A DNA stretch of 64,000 nt. It comes from Podarcis pityusensis. Taxonomy: Eukaryota. The notes beneath the pieces are model-generated. The model saw nothing but the letters and a program-made list of their open reading frames with translations, was not told the origin of the DNA and did not search any database. Below, in pieces: positions 22,513 through 33,058 of this stretch. Both the position numbers and the translations under genes were made by a program. Location of the stretch: the NCBI GenBank assembly GCA_964106645.2, contig CAXKZF020000230.1; one strand, given 5' to 3'. Within the stretch, counting starts at the first letter, position 1; each line of letters starts with the position of its first letter.

Positions 22513-23001
22513 CTAGTGGACAAGGTATTTGACCAAACCGATCAGGACGCCTAGCACCAGGGCGGAGACCCCGCTCAGCAGGCTGCGCCACCAAGACCCG
22601 TGGAGCAGTTGGCCGACCCGTAGCCCGTAGATGAAAAGCGCCAGGTAGATGGCATATTCGGCAATGCTAAGTGCGACGGCGACCGAATAGAGCCCGGTCG
22701 CCGAGAGGAGAAGGACGAGGGTAGGGAGGTTGGCCGAAAGCAGGATCGGCCGGGTTTGCCGCCAGATGGCTCGGGTTTCGTGAGCGTCCAGCCGCTTCCG
22801 CTGGGCGATAACCTCGGCAATCGTCTCGCTGTACGCCTCGGCCAGCGCGATGGCGAGCGCCGTGCCGAAAAGAGTTAAGGCAGCTTGCCAGGCGGTCGGC
22901 GGATGTTCCTCCATGACGAGCAGAACTGCCAGAACGCTGATCGAGCCGTAGATGGCTTTGGAGACGAAGTGCTTGTCGAAAAAACGCTTGGGCTTAACCA
23001 T
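22513..23001 (-). CDS. Integral membrane protein of unknown function
   Basis: Several hydrophobic helices, AIYG motif. Confidence 0.7.
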   Translation of the reverse strand: MVKPKRFFDKHFVSKAIYGSISVLAVLLVMEEHPPTAWQAALTLFGTALAIALAEAYSETIAEVIAQRKRLDAHETRAIWRQTRPILLSANLPTLVLLLSATGLYSVAVALSIAEYAIYLALFIYGLRVGQLLHGSWWRSLLSGVSALVLGVLIGLVKYLVH

Positions 23002-23084
23002 AGCTTATTTAACAACAAACCCCTCATCTTGCGGCTAGGCTCTGTAACCGCTCCATAAAGACATTCATCGCTCGAGCTATATGT

Positions 23085-23420
23085 TCAAGATGCCCCATCC
23101 CCGGCCTCGACATATACCTGTATCAGTTCCTCGAGCACGCTACTCATGTCTCGCCCCTCGAGGCTCACCTTCGCTGGTATCATCCCCGCCATCTGCGAAT
23201 ACCTCGGGTCGCCCCGCTTGCCCCGCTGGTCGGGTTTCGGCTCGGCGTACTTCGACCGGCTCGGCGTCTCGGCTTGCGGCTGGTTCGCCTTGTCAAAGGT
23301 CACGTAGCACCTCTACGTGAACGCCCGGAACTCTTCCCATACCCTCGCACTGCCGGTGTGCCCGGCAACCTTGACGCTCGTCCTCGAGAGTGCTGGGATC
23401 ATCATCAGCGCGGCATCAAC
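23085..23420 (-). pseudogene. Degraded plasmid parA C-terminus plus small ParG-like (RHH) partner
   Basis: GKRGDPRYSQ...RDMSSVLEELI in the small ORF; upstream SARVWEEF resembles a ParA end. Confidence 0.5.
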
Positions 23421-23500
23421 GGTGTTTTTTCACGCGGCAGTTCGGTCCGTTGAACGCATAAAACAGATTTTAATGGTAGCAAGTATGCTATCCTTCTACC

Positions 23501-23749
23501 ATGAGACAAGTTAATCTCAAAAGTGATCGGGTCGCGGTTCTACTCGAGCAGATCACGCGTCGAACAGGAGAAACAAACGTCGACGCTGTCATGAAGGCGC
23601 TCGAGGAGCGTTTGCAAGAGCTCGAAGCGAAAGACCGTACGGCGCGCACGCTCACCTGGCTAAGGACAACCGTCTGGCCGAATCTTCCCGAGATGCAGCA
23701 CGGTCGAGCACCTTCCAAAGAGGAGCAAGAAGAACTGCTCGGCTTCTGA
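23501..23749 (+). CDS. vapB: VapB antitoxin (Rv0623-like)
   Basis: NLKS, TGETNVDAVMKALEERL, EELLGF; translationally coupled to vapC. Confidence 0.85.
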   Translation: MRQVNLKSDRVAVLLEQITRRTGETNVDAVMKALEERLQELEAKDRTARTLTWLRTTVWPNLPEMQHGRAPSKEEQEELLGF

Positions 23750-24144
23750 TGGTCATCGACAGCAGCGTTCTCCTCCAAATCCTTTTTGAGGAACCTGGTG
23801 CCGAAGAAGCCGTGCTCACCCTGGGCCGAGCATCAAACCTGATCATGGCATCCCCGACGCTTCTAGAAACGGAGATCGTTTACGGGTCGAGGCGAGGTTT
23901 CAACTTGGGCGAGGTAGCGGAGCTTGTCGAGCGTCTCGGCATTGCCCTGCGCCCGTTCACCGCCGAGCACGTCATGGAAGCGAAACTAGCATACGCGCGC
24001 TTCGGTAAGGGGCAGGGGCATCCGGCGCAGTTAAACTTCGTCGACTGTGTGAGTTACGCGTTGGCTAAAGTGGCAGGACGGCCACTTGCTTTCAAGGGTG
24101 AGGATTTCAACCTGACCGACCTCGACGTTGTGAAGCTAGGCTAA
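23749..24144 (+). CDS. vapC: VapC PIN-domain toxin
   Basis: MVIDSS, EPGAE, FGKGQGHPAQLNFVDCVSYA, FKGEDF. Confidence 0.93.
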   Translation: MVIDSSVLLQILFEEPGAEEAVLTLGRASNLIMASPTLLETEIVYGSRRGFNLGEVAELVERLGIALRPFTAEHVMEAKLAYARFGKGQGHPAQLNFVDCVSYALAKVAGRPLAFKGEDFNLTDLDVVKLG

Positions 24145-24229
24145 TTCATTAAGAGCAAGTCCGCTCATCCCTCAGCTTCTGCAGACAACGCGCTCGTTAA
24201 CCGCATTAGTCTACGCCACGCCTTGAGAG

Positions 24230-25169
24230 GAGACTGTAAAGTTGTGCCGGGGTATGTAAGTCTCGAAGCTGCGAATGTGACAGGTTGCATCCCCTACGCT
24301 GCTCAGGCTGTGGTCCGTAACCCCGCAGCCAACCAAGAAAATGTCATCACGTCCAGCCTCACGCCCTCATGAACTGAGCTTGCCTCGCTTTGGTTGGGTA
24401 GGCAGATGTCGCCACGCTGCACGGCTTGAGCAAATTCGATGCCCTCCAGTAAACGTTGCCCAGTTGCGATAGAACCCAAACCGCGCATCGGCTTCACCCG
24501 ATCTTTGACGGGTACGTGCGAGCGTTCGATTGATTTAGTCGTAAGTGCTCGCTTGCGGTGTAACCCGGTACGGCGGTGTGTAGCGTTCGGCGCGTGCTGC
24601 CTTACTGACTGAAGATACGCCTGGTGCTTATCGGTGACGACCTCGTTTGGAACCACACCTCGCCGTCTAATCGCTTGTGCGAAAAACGCTTTGGCGCTCG
24701 CTAAGTCGCGTCTCTCGCGCAACAGCACGTCTACAACTTGGCCCGATTCGTCCACAGCACGGTAGAGGTACGCCCACCGTTTACCGATCCGCACGTACGT
24801 TTCGTCTACAAACCAGCGTTTACCAAGCGCTCTAGCGTGACGTCGCCCAGGAGCACGCCGAACTTCTGCACCCAGTCCGCCACCGTTTGTCGGGACACGT
24901 CGAGACCGCGCTCAGCCAGCAGATTACGGACGTTGGCGGCTTACAAGCGGTAGCTGAAATACCAGCGCACGGCCATGACAATCACGTCACGAGGCCAGCG
25001 GTGATGGGTGAAGGGCGTGCCGGTTCGGTCAGTGAAGCTGCGCCTGTATGAAGAGCAGCAATAGCGCTGTTTCTCAGCTCGATCATGTCCGTCTTTATGG
25101 GCCTTAGAGATTGAGCAGTGTGGGCAGGCTGGCATCCTCAACCCTACCCCAGTACAACTTTGCAGTCTC
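24230..25169 (-). mobile_element. IS6-family element with zinc-ribbon transposase (frameshifted)
   Basis: Imperfect IRs GAGACTGTAAAGTTGTGCCGGGGTA / TACCCCAGTACAACTTTGCAGTCTC; YLYRAVDESG, IERSH. Confidence 0.9.
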
Positions 25170-25400
25170 ACTCCACGAGCTGTTTTCTGCTGAGCGGGCA
25201 GCCGTTTTCTCCAGCGTCCATAAAGCCAAGGGAAAAGAAGCTGCGCGTGTTTTGTCCTCTACCCACACTTGATGCCTTTGCGGCTCGAAGATGGGGCTGA
25301 ATTGGAAGGGGAAGCATGCGTTCAGTTTGTGGCGCTCACGCGAGCCCAGGACACGCTAGTGTTTCTTGAAGATCTGCAAGAGCGTCGTGGTTGGTGGCGT
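25170..25400 (+). pseudogene. UvrD/Rep (SF1) helicase C-terminal remnant
   Basis: Hand translation: SSVHKAKGKEA...FVALTRAQDTL (motifs V/VI). Confidence 0.75.
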
Positions 25401-25465
25401 CAGGCACAGCATCGTCGGGCGGTTTGAAGTGTCTTTGCGCTATGATGATCATGATTTGGAGGCTT

Positions 25466-25798
25466 ATGACTCGTTATATTGCTGTGTTTCTTTTAGCATG
25501 TGCGCTAATAGCGTGTTCTCAAGCAACACCTAACCTCACCTGGGTGGCACCCACAGCAGGATCAGCGCTGAGCGGTATCGTAAACTTGCAAGTGAGCGCT
25601 TTGCAAGAGCCTCATCCTGAAAACGTGGTGTTTTACGCTGAGGGGCAACCCATCGCGAAAGCCTATCCGGAAGATGGTACGTACCAAACCCAATGGGACA
25701 CGACGGGTGTTCAGAAGGGCATAGTGACGCTTCGTGCGAAACCCTTCTCGGGTCCAGCTGTTGAAGCGACGGTGACCATACCCGCGAGACTACCCTAA
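25466..25798 (+). CDS. Small lipoprotein with an Ig-like domain
   Basis: Lipobox LIAC; P..GS.LSG.V.LQV and WDTT patterns. Confidence 0.75.
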   Translation: MTRYIAVFLLACALIACSQATPNLTWVAPTAGSALSGIVNLQVSALQEPHPENVVFYAEGQPIAKAYPEDGTYQTQWDTTGVQKGIVTLRAKPFSGPAVEATVTIPARLP

Positions 25799-25802
25799 TC
25801 TC

Positions 25803-26429
25803 GTGACGAAAACCGAGCGAATCAAAACCGGCTTCAAAGATCTTCGACACGAGGCGCTCTTATCGCAACGCGAGGTGGCCGATGCTATCGGGGGTGCTCA
25901 AAGTTTCATTGTGGTGCTGGAAGGGGGGCGCGGCAACCCCCGAATGGATACGATATACGCCGTCCTTATCGTGTTAGCCCGAACACTCAAGCGGAGTCCA
26001 AAAGAGGTTTGGGAGGCATTTTACCTTGAGGAGAGCTGCGCCGTATATGAACCCATTAGGGAACAGATCCGCACGGCCTTGACTGCAGAGCGTACCTTCC
26101 GGGGGAGTTACAAAGCCAAACGCTTTTTGCGTGACCGGACGACGGAGGGACCCAATCGGTGTCTGCCCGAGGCGGCTGACATGCGACGCTTTACGGAGCT
26201 TTTTGCCTCGAGCCCCTTGACGCTTACTGAACTTTCAAGGATTACACAAGTCAGCAAACGAAGAATGGACGTGATTTTTACTGAGGGTTCAGAACCCTCA
26301 GCGAACATGGCGTTAACGACCTTCACCAGGTTAGCGGCTGCCTTCGCACCAATCTACGGCGCAAGCATTAAGGAGACCGCGACGTACGCAATAGCAGGTG
26401 ATCTGGAGCAGTTAACTGAATTTGTCTAG
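25803..26429 (+). CDS. Tandem XRE-like HTH regulator
   Basis: LSQREVADAIG...LEGGRGNP and a second LTELSRITQVS repeat. Confidence 0.75.
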   Translation: MTKTERIKTGFKDLRHEALLSQREVADAIGGAQSFIVVLEGGRGNPRMDTIYAVLIVLARTLKRSPKEVWEAFYLEESCAVYEPIREQIRTALTAERTFRGSYKAKRFLRDRTTEGPNRCLPEAADMRRFTELFASSPLTLTELSRITQVSKRRMDVIFTEGSEPSANMALTTFTRLAAAFAPIYGASIKETATYAIAGDLEQLTEFV

Positions 26430-26432
26430 GCG

Positions 26433-28070
26433 TTAGTCTTCAGCAGCTTCGCCTGGCAACGTTTGAGATGAGGCGTTGGGGGAGAGTACAACGACTTTCA
26501 GGATGCTTTCTGCTGGAACCTGCGCGAGGCGAACGAGCGCCTGCTGATCATCGCCTTCAGGTGGGGTGAACAGGCGTGCGACGCTCCCGGCGACACTCGC
26601 TTCAATGGGTGGAGCGTCACGACTGATGATGGCGGTCCCGTCTGCGATACTTACATCCGATTCATTCCCCAGGGCTTGCACAAACTCGGAGACACCCCGC
26701 AAGGCGCCACGCGCAAGATCACTAGCGAGGGCCGGGGTGGTTTCCTGAACTTGCGCTTGCAGCCCCAGGTAGCCATCTTCGGCTTGAGCAATGGCATTAA
26801 TGCGTTGGGACGCGTTGGCGTTAAGGACTTCGTAAAAGCGAATGTCCACGCGTCCGGTTGGCGTTAGGGTAGCCTGGCCACTCCAGATACTGCCATCTTC
26901 CGCCTGAGCAAGGACAGGTAGGGGGGTATCGTCAATGGCGACGACACCAACTTGCAGGCGTGCCCCTAAAGCCTCACCCGTTTTATAGGGCGTCGGAGTG
27001 TTTGAGGTGGGGTTGTGGGCGGGAGGGGTGGACTGAACGACACGTTGCGCAGTAGGCTGTGCGCTTTCAACCCTAAGGTCAGTGGTTGCGGCTGGCGTGT
27101 TACCGGGAGTGGGGTTATTGGGTGCTGAGGCTTGCTGTGGTGGGGCGCTGTAGAGGCTCGGTTGGGGTTTGGGTGCGCCAGCGTAGAATACCCGCAGGGC
27201 GGTGTTGATTTCCTGACCCTCCGGTTCAGGGCTCTGGTAGACGCTAAGCCCCACGGGCGTTGCTTGCCCGGTGTCAGCTGGATCGTCAGCGAAGGGGTCG
27301 CCTGCACCACTTGTGTTTTGGGGGCTGCTGGACTGATCCGCTCGGTAAGCGCGGAGGTCGCCGCCACCACCTTGGCGGGTGAAGACACTAAGCCCGGCCT
27401 CTTCTTCGGTGCTGGGCAGCATGGGATCGCTCGAGCTTTGCAGCATGGGATCGTCGGTGGTTGCTTCGGTTCCACCACTGGCGGCAGGTGCCGGGTCCTG
27501 GCTGGCGGGTTGGGGGTTGCGTGGCTCGAGCATGGGTTGTTGAGCGGTGTCGGCGTTAGCAAAGGCGTCGGTGGCGCGTTCGTCCGCACGTGTTTGTTCG
27601 GCAGCGTCGTTGAAAGGATCCTGATCCTGAGGTTGGGCAGGCTGCGCGGGCTGGGTTGTGGCAGCAGGTTCAGGTGGGGTGGCAGCTTCTGTTTCTCCGC
27701 CGGCATTCATCATCAGGGAGCTACTGCCAAAGAGTAACCAGATGCCGAGCAGACTGGCGGTTGTGAACCAGCCCAGCAGCTTGGTTTTTGAGGTGTGCCA
27801 CTCGCCGGTGATGTCGTCGTGACGCTGAAAGAGTTGGCGGTGGATGCGGCGGCGTTGCTGGTCTCGCTTGACGTGCTTGCGTGCTTCCATCTCAACGTCA
27901 CCTAACTGTTCGGAGTAGATGGCGCTTTGCAAGAGCGCACCGGTCTCCGGGTCGGTCTCGAGCAGGTTGGTCAGCAGTTCCTTGAATTCGTCGCTATTAG
28001 GTGACGGAAGGGTTTTGCGTCCTAAACGCTCTTTAACTTCTTGCGCGAGTTCTGGATCCAGCTTCATCAT
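26433..28070 (-). CDS. VirB10/TrbI/TraM-like protein
   Basis: Cytoplasmic N-terminus, single TM, long P/Q/A-rich linker, C-terminal beta domain (GEALGARLQVGV...GRVDIRF...DGYLGL); divergent from the pilin gene. Confidence 0.6.
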   Translation of the reverse strand: MMKLDPELAQEVKERLGRKTLPSPNSDEFKELLTNLLETDPETGALLQSAIYSEQLGDVEMEARKHVKRDQQRRRIHRQLFQRHDDITGEWHTSKTKLLGWFTTASLLGIWLLFGSSSLMMNAGGETEAATPPEPAATTQPAQPAQPQDQDPFNDAAEQTRADERATDAFANADTAQQPMLEPRNPQPASQDPAPAASGGTEATTDDPMLQSSSDPMLPSTEEEAGLSVFTRQGGGGDLRAYRADQSSSPQNTSGAGDPFADDPADTGQATPVGLSVYQSPEPEGQEINTALRVFYAGAPKPQPSLYSAPPQQASAPNNPTPGNTPAATTDLRVESAQPTAQRVVQSTPPAHNPTSNTPTPYKTGEALGARLQVGVVAIDDTPLPVLAQAEDGSIWSGQATLTPTGRVDIRFYEVLNANASQRINAIAQAEDGYLGLQAQVQETTPALASDLARGALRGVSEFVQALGNESDVSIADGTAIISRDAPPIEASVAGSVARLFTPPEGDDQQALVRLAQVPAESILKVVVLSPNASSQTLPGEAAED

Positions 28071-28200
28071 CGCCTCCTCTTAGGGCGTACCACCAAGCTA
28101 TTTGGGCGGTACACTGCCTTAAATATGCCATATGGTAGTCTTTTTGCGAGTTTAATGCTATCATGCGCGCGTACAGGTGCTATACAGCTAAGGAGGCAGA

Positions 28201-28554
28201 ATGAACACCAAGCGACACCAACGGCCGTTTTTCCCAGCGCTCATCCGACTAGGCATGCTCCTGGGCATCCAGGCAAGCTTTCATCTTGCCTTTGCCGGCG
28301 GAGGCGGAGTTGATTTTGACGGCATTCTCGGAAGTATTCCCGAAACCATCTGCAACGCCGCAAACTTCCTCGCAGGCCCAATCGGAGCGGCCGTCGTCGT
28401 TGTCGTCTTCGTCATCGGCCTCATCCGCATGGCCGCAGGCAACCGAGGCGGACTAGGACTCATCATCACCGCCTTCGTCATCGGCCTCGTGTTGGTCGCC
28501 GCACCCCAGATTGTCGGCATCTTCACGGGTGGTGACTGCGCCCTCGCCGGATAA
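28201..28554 (+). CDS. VirB2/TrbC-like pilin
   Basis: Signal ending in AFA, L.GPIG, two hydrophobic helices; first gene of a virB2-3-4 order. Confidence 0.8.
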   Translation: MNTKRHQRPFFPALIRLGMLLGIQASFHLAFAGGGGVDFDGILGSIPETICNAANFLAGPIGAAVVVVVFVIGLIRMAAGNRGGLGLIITAFVIGLVLVAAPQIVGIFTGGDCALAG

Positions 28555-28562
28555 GCCCAGCC

Positions 28563-28907
28563 ATGGAAGAGACGCACGACACGCCCCACCCACTCGAGGT
28601 AGCCCGCGTATACCGCGCGGACGGCGCCATGCGCATCCTCTTTGGCCTCTCGGTCCTCGACCTGATGGTCATGGCAGGCATGCTGGTGGTCTTCTTAAAA
28701 CTCTTGCCCTTCGGGGATTTCTTCAATCTGGTGGCCTCCATTGGCGGAGCCTGGTTTTTAGGGCAAGCGTTCGCCAAGAACCGCACCAACCTGCCGATCG
28801 AAGCGATGAAGCAGTGGCTCGTGTGGGTTACGCAACCCAGCGTGTACGTTCCCGGCCCGGACTACGACGCCCGCCCGCTCGTGTACGAGGCTAGAAAGCG
28901 CGAATAA
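28563..28907 (+). CDS. VirB3/TraL-like membrane protein
   Basis: Two TMs, ILFGL motif, position between pilin and VirB4. Confidence 0.65.
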   Translation: MEETHDTPHPLEVARVYRADGAMRILFGLSVLDLMVMAGMLVVFLKLLPFGDFFNLVASIGGAWFLGQAFAKNRTNLPIEAMKQWLVWVTQPSVYVPGPDYDARPLVYEARKRE

Positions 28908-28908
28908 C

Positions 28909-31413
28909 ATGCTCAAGGCACTATTTGGCGACAAGCGCAACAACATCATGAAAGACCTCCCGTGGCATGAAATCAAAGATGAGATCATGCACAACCGGGA
29001 CGGCTCTTACGTCACAGGCTTTTTCGTCGATCTGCCTCAGACCGTTTTCGTTCCTGACTTCGTTTACCTCGTGACACTCCTCAGGGGCGGCTTGCAAAGT
29101 GACCTGCAAGAACGCATGCAACTCCGCTTCATGCTCGAAGCTGGCCCCGCCAACAGGGAAATCTTAAAGCGCGTCCGCAAACGCATTACTGCCCCCGAAC
29201 GGGGCTTGCGTTACCTCCTCGAAAAGCGCGCTGACATGCTCGAGCAGGACTGGGAGCGAGGCAGCGTCATCGGCTGGCGAGCGTACGTGCTAGTCCGCGT
29301 GAACACAAAAGCGAAGAAGTTCTACACCCTGACAGAAGCTGCCGCCAAGGAACGAAAGGAGCGCTCTCACCAGGTTAGGTCCGACCTCATGCAGGCCTTT
29401 ACAGCAGCGGGGTATAAGGCCAGCACCATGGGAGACCAGGATATTTTTCGGCTGGTGCATCGGTATATGAATCCGGGTCAGTGGCATTACGACCAGGCGG
29501 ACTACAAACCCACGTGGCAGCGTTACGCCACCAAGAGCGTCGAGCAGGTCGAAGGCAATCGCCCACCAACACTCAGGTCGCAACTCGCAGAGTCCACCAT
29601 CGATAACAAACGTGCCGGGCACCTCATCGTCGATGACCATTACGTCCGCATGATGACCATGAACAAGCAGCCGGACCAGCAGACGTTCGTGACGATGATG
29701 CAAGACGCCTTCAAGGGCGGCGAGAAGTTCTTTGTAGTGATCGACCTCTACCACCAGCCCTACGAACATGGGGCGACCGTCACGCGAGCCAGAGCCAGGC
29801 GCTTTAAGGCAGCCGCCGAGCAGACCGACACGGCCGTGGACGCAGAGACGAAAATGATGGCCGAGGAAACCGCTGGGCTGGCGGACCACATGGTGCGTCA
29901 TGGCGACCACCAGTTTTTAGTGAGTGTCGGCTTCATCCTTTACGACACGAATCTCAAGCACCTGAATAACCGCATCGAAAAGCTTCATAAGGCGATGCAG
30001 CGTGTGCCAGGCCGCCCCTTCCGCATCTTGGCTCAGGGCCTCTTCACTCCCTTCCTGGACTTCGCTCCCTTTTCAGGGCGCTCGTACTCCGAGCGGGTGA
30101 GCTTGACCACCACCAACGTCGTGCACCTCTTCCCTGTAGATGGCGAGTGGCGAGGTGCAAAAAAGCCCATCGCTTACTTCCGTAACCGTTACTGGGGCGT
30201 GTCGGGCCTCGACGCTTTTGAAGGTACTAACTTCAATAGCCTTATCGTCGGCAGGTCCGGGTCAGGCAAAACGTTTTTCATGAACTACACCCTGTCCGAG
30301 TTCCTGGGGGATGCCGCTACCCAAGTGGTCATCATCGACCGGGGGAGTGGCTACCTGCCGCTCGTGAAGGTCGCTGAGGGCGTGACTATTCCCTTACGTC
30401 CAGGGGGAGGCACACGCATCAACCCATTCGACATTCTGCCCGGACAGAATGCGCCGAGTGACATGGAAAAACAAAATCTTCTTAAGGTCATCCGGGCAAT
30501 GATTCCTGGGCAGGACGGCTCGGATTACGAGATTGAAAACAACATCCTGATGGCCGCCATCGATCAGCTCTACCGCGGGGCTGTGCATTACGACCGTGAG
30601 ACAGAACAATCCGTTTTTCGGACACCCACCATGACCGACCTGTACAAGAAACTCACGATCCTGACCGAAGTTGGACAGGTCAGGGCCAGCGACAAGGTCA
30701 GGGAAATTGCTTATAACCTCGCGTTACGCCTGCAAGCCTGGACGGGCAACACACCCCTCGGGAAGTTCGTCGATGGCCCCACGAACGTTCCCCTTTCCCA
30801 AGCTAGAACAGTTTATTACGACACTGAAGGGATTGCGTCTGACAAGCAACTCAAGGTCGTAGGTGTGCTCCTCATCGCGAACCTGGTGTGGCGGCGCGTA
30901 AGTCAAACCCTTGGCCAGAACACCCTTGTGGTGCTTGATGAAGGCTGGTCGATGCTGCAAGAGTCACTCGAGGCGAGATCGTTTGTCGATGAAATGTACC
31001 GCCGCTTCCGGAGGTATGGGGCAGGCATCTGGTCGGTATCCCAGTCTTACGACGATTTCAAGGGTTTGCCGGGCATCACCAACAACGCTGAGATGTTCTT
31101 TGGCCTGAGGGTGGATGAGGAAGAGAGGCGCATTTGGCGTGAGGCGATGAAGTTGCCGAAACGAACCCTGGAGCACTGCGCAAGCGTGCACCAGAAGCCT
31201 GGAGAGTACAGCGAAGCCATGTGCATGTTCAAGCGTGAAACAGGCTGGGAGGGAGGCATTATTGCGGTTCACCCCACCCCACAGGACTACTTCTGCTTCA
31301 CCACGAAGGATGCGGAAATGGCCCTTCGTGAAAAGGAGCTCGAGGCGAACGGTGGCGACTGGATAGCGACTTTAGAAGGCATGGGTCGTGGCGACTTAGC
31401 AACGGCAGCTTAG
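28909..31413 (+). CDS. virB4: VirB4/TraC-family conjugation ATPase
   Basis: GRSGSGKT, IIDRG, INPF, VVLDEGW, RRFRRYG, SQ. Confidence 0.9.
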   Translation: MLKALFGDKRNNIMKDLPWHEIKDEIMHNRDGSYVTGFFVDLPQTVFVPDFVYLVTLLRGGLQSDLQERMQLRFMLEAGPANREILKRVRKRITAPERGLRYLLEKRADMLEQDWERGSVIGWRAYVLVRVNTKAKKFYTLTEAAAKERKERSHQVRSDLMQAFTAAGYKASTMGDQDIFRLVHRYMNPGQWHYDQADYKPTWQRYATKSVEQVEGNRPPTLRSQLAESTIDNKRAGHLIVDDHYVRMMTMNKQPDQQTFVTMMQDAFKGGEKFFVVIDLYHQPYEHGATVTRARARRFKAAAEQTDTAVDAETKMMAEETAGLADHMVRHGDHQFLVSVGFILYDTNLKHLNNRIEKLHKAMQRVPGRPFRILAQGLFTPFLDFAPFSGRSYSERVSLTTTNVVHLFPVDGEWRGAKKPIAYFRNRYWGVSGLDAFEGTNFNSLIVGRSGSGKTFFMNYTLSEFLGDAATQVVIIDRGSGYLPLVKVAEGVTIPLRPGGGTRINPFDILPGQNAPSDMEKQNLLKVIRAMIPGQDGSDYEIENNILMAAIDQLYRGAVHYDRETEQSVFRTPTMTDLYKKLTILTEVGQVRASDKVREIAYNLALRLQAWTGNTPLGKFVDGPTNVPLSQARTVYYDTEGIASDKQLKVVGVLLIANLVWRRVSQTLGQNTLVVLDEGWSMLQESLEARSFVDEMYRRFRRYGAGIWSVSQSYDDFKGLPGITNNAEMFFGLRVDEEERRIWREAMKLPKRTLEHCASVHQKPGEYSEAMCMFKRETGWEGGIIAVHPTPQDYFCFTTKDAEMALREKELEANGGDWIATLEGMGRGDLATAA

Positions 31414-31481
31414 AAGGGAGGTTTAGGATGAGGCACAACTCCATAAAACCTGAAAGCGTGAGCTGTAACGAAAGGAGCCGT

Positions 31482-31961
31482 ATGAAACGCTCGATTTTTC
31501 TGTGCCTCATGGTGATTCTAGCCGCTTGTCAGACTCAACCCGGACCGGGTCCGGGAGAAGAACCCGGGGAGACGCCTGGAGAGAATGAGCCGCTCGTTTG
31601 TAATGACGGTCAGCACGCGGAGGTGTTCAACTCGAAGCCCATTGAGTTTGGTCAAGCGTACGAAGTGACCAACGAAACGACGTACTTTACGACCACACAG
31701 TCGGTTCCGGCTGGCACTACCCTGTCCATCCGTTTGGACAAGGTCCCGAGCACCGGTCTGATCGGTTATTCAGTAACTCCGGTAGGTGGAGGGGGTTTTG
31801 CCGATTCCTACAGTCATCTGGAAGAAGATATTCCCTCAACGATCGTTGGAAGTGGCACCGCAGAGGGGGAGGGACAGGTAACCGTAAGAATCACGTATAC
31901 GGATCCTGATTATGAACTCAATGGTTGTGCCAGGTTTCAGTTCATGCTGAATCAAGGCTAA
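31482..31961 (+). CDS. Lipoprotein of unknown function
   Basis: AAGGAG RBS, lipobox LAAC, PG-rich tether, beta-rich domain. Confidence 0.75.
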   Translation: MKRSIFLCLMVILAACQTQPGPGPGEEPGETPGENEPLVCNDGQHAEVFNSKPIEFGQAYEVTNETTYFTTTQSVPAGTTLSIRLDKVPSTGLIGYSVTPVGGGGFADSYSHLEEDIPSTIVGSGTAEGEGQVTVRITYTDPDYELNGCARFQFMLNQG

Positions 31962-31984
31962 AAGACCGAAAGGAGCTGCCTAAA

Positions 31985-33058
31985 GTGTTCTTTTTTAAAG
32001 CCAACAACCGCTTACTGAAAATCGTGTTGGCAATCTTTATTATTCCCACGGTTCTTGCACAACCAGCTCGAGCCCAGTGGGATTTAGGGCAGCTCGACGA
32101 CACTTTTAACGAGTTTGGTCGCTACTTCGCGCAGTTTTGCGCTGGGGTGGAGCAGGTAGACGGTTACGTTGATACTGGCAAAACAATAGGGGCTGCAACC
32201 AGCTGGGTATGTGCGTTGCAGCCTTCCATCCAGCGTGCCCAGGCCATTGTGGAGGGCTTTAGTCAGGATCTTAACGGCTTTTTCTCCGGTGCACTTGGCG
32301 ACACCTTTGCGTCTGTACTTGACGCCACTGGGATCGAGTTGGGAGACCCTAACCTTCAGGGGTTATTGACGCAAGGCCTTAACGATATCGGGACGGGCAA
32401 CTTCTCGATGGAGGAGTGGGCTGGAAAGCTGCTGGGAGAAACAAACATTCAGCTGCTCGAGAACCTCACGAAGGGGCCTGATGCGGGAGTTGCTGAGCTC
32501 GAGGCGGATGTCGTTAATGCCGACCGGAAGAGCCCTATCCGTATGGATCGGGAGTTGTCGGGGATGCGGCAGCGTTCGGCCACGACCATGCAGATGGCTG
32601 AGGCGCAAGATGCGGTTCGGACTTCGCAAGGGTTAGCTGCATCGTCGATTGCCAGGGGGGATGAGCAGCGTCTGTTGAACCGCGTCACCAGCCCAAACCC
32701 CGGGGCAAAAGGGACGGCAGATCTAGCGCAGCAGCGGGGTAAGGAGGCGAATAGTTCTCGAGCTGCGATTCAAGGCATGGTTCAGGCGCAGGCTGATTAC
32801 ATGCGTCAGGCGGCGGTGTCCACGAACAATCTTGTAACGGCAGTCAAGGAGAATGCTGCGCAGCAGGTTTACACGACGCAACAGTTGGGTACGCTCGCCA
32901 AGCAGATTGGGGATGAACAACTTCAGCAGTATAACGAGTGGCGCTCTGAGTACTACCGGGAGCTTGGGGAGTCTGTTGCAGAAGGTAAGCAGACTCGCTC
33001 TAACTTTATGACGCTCGCGGAGCTTCTTAGGGGCGCGAATGCTGGGGGAGCGGAATAG
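31985..33058 (+). CDS. Exported helical protein (VirB5/TrbJ-like)
   Basis: Signal peptide (ARA-Q), Q/A-rich coiled coil, directly before the VirB6-like gene. Confidence 0.55.
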   Translation: MFFFKANNRLLKIVLAIFIIPTVLAQPARAQWDLGQLDDTFNEFGRYFAQFCAGVEQVDGYVDTGKTIGAATSWVCALQPSIQRAQAIVEGFSQDLNGFFSGALGDTFASVLDATGIELGDPNLQGLLTQGLNDIGTGNFSMEEWAGKLLGETNIQLLENLTKGPDAGVAELEADVVNADRKSPIRMDRELSGMRQRSATTMQMAEAQDAVRTSQGLAASSIARGDEQRLLNRVTSPNPGAKGTADLAQQRGKEANSSRAAIQGMVQAQADYMRQAAVSTNNLVTAVKENAAQQVYTTQQLGTLAKQIGDEQLQQYNEWRSEYYRELGESVAEGKQTRSNFMTLAELLRGANAGGAE

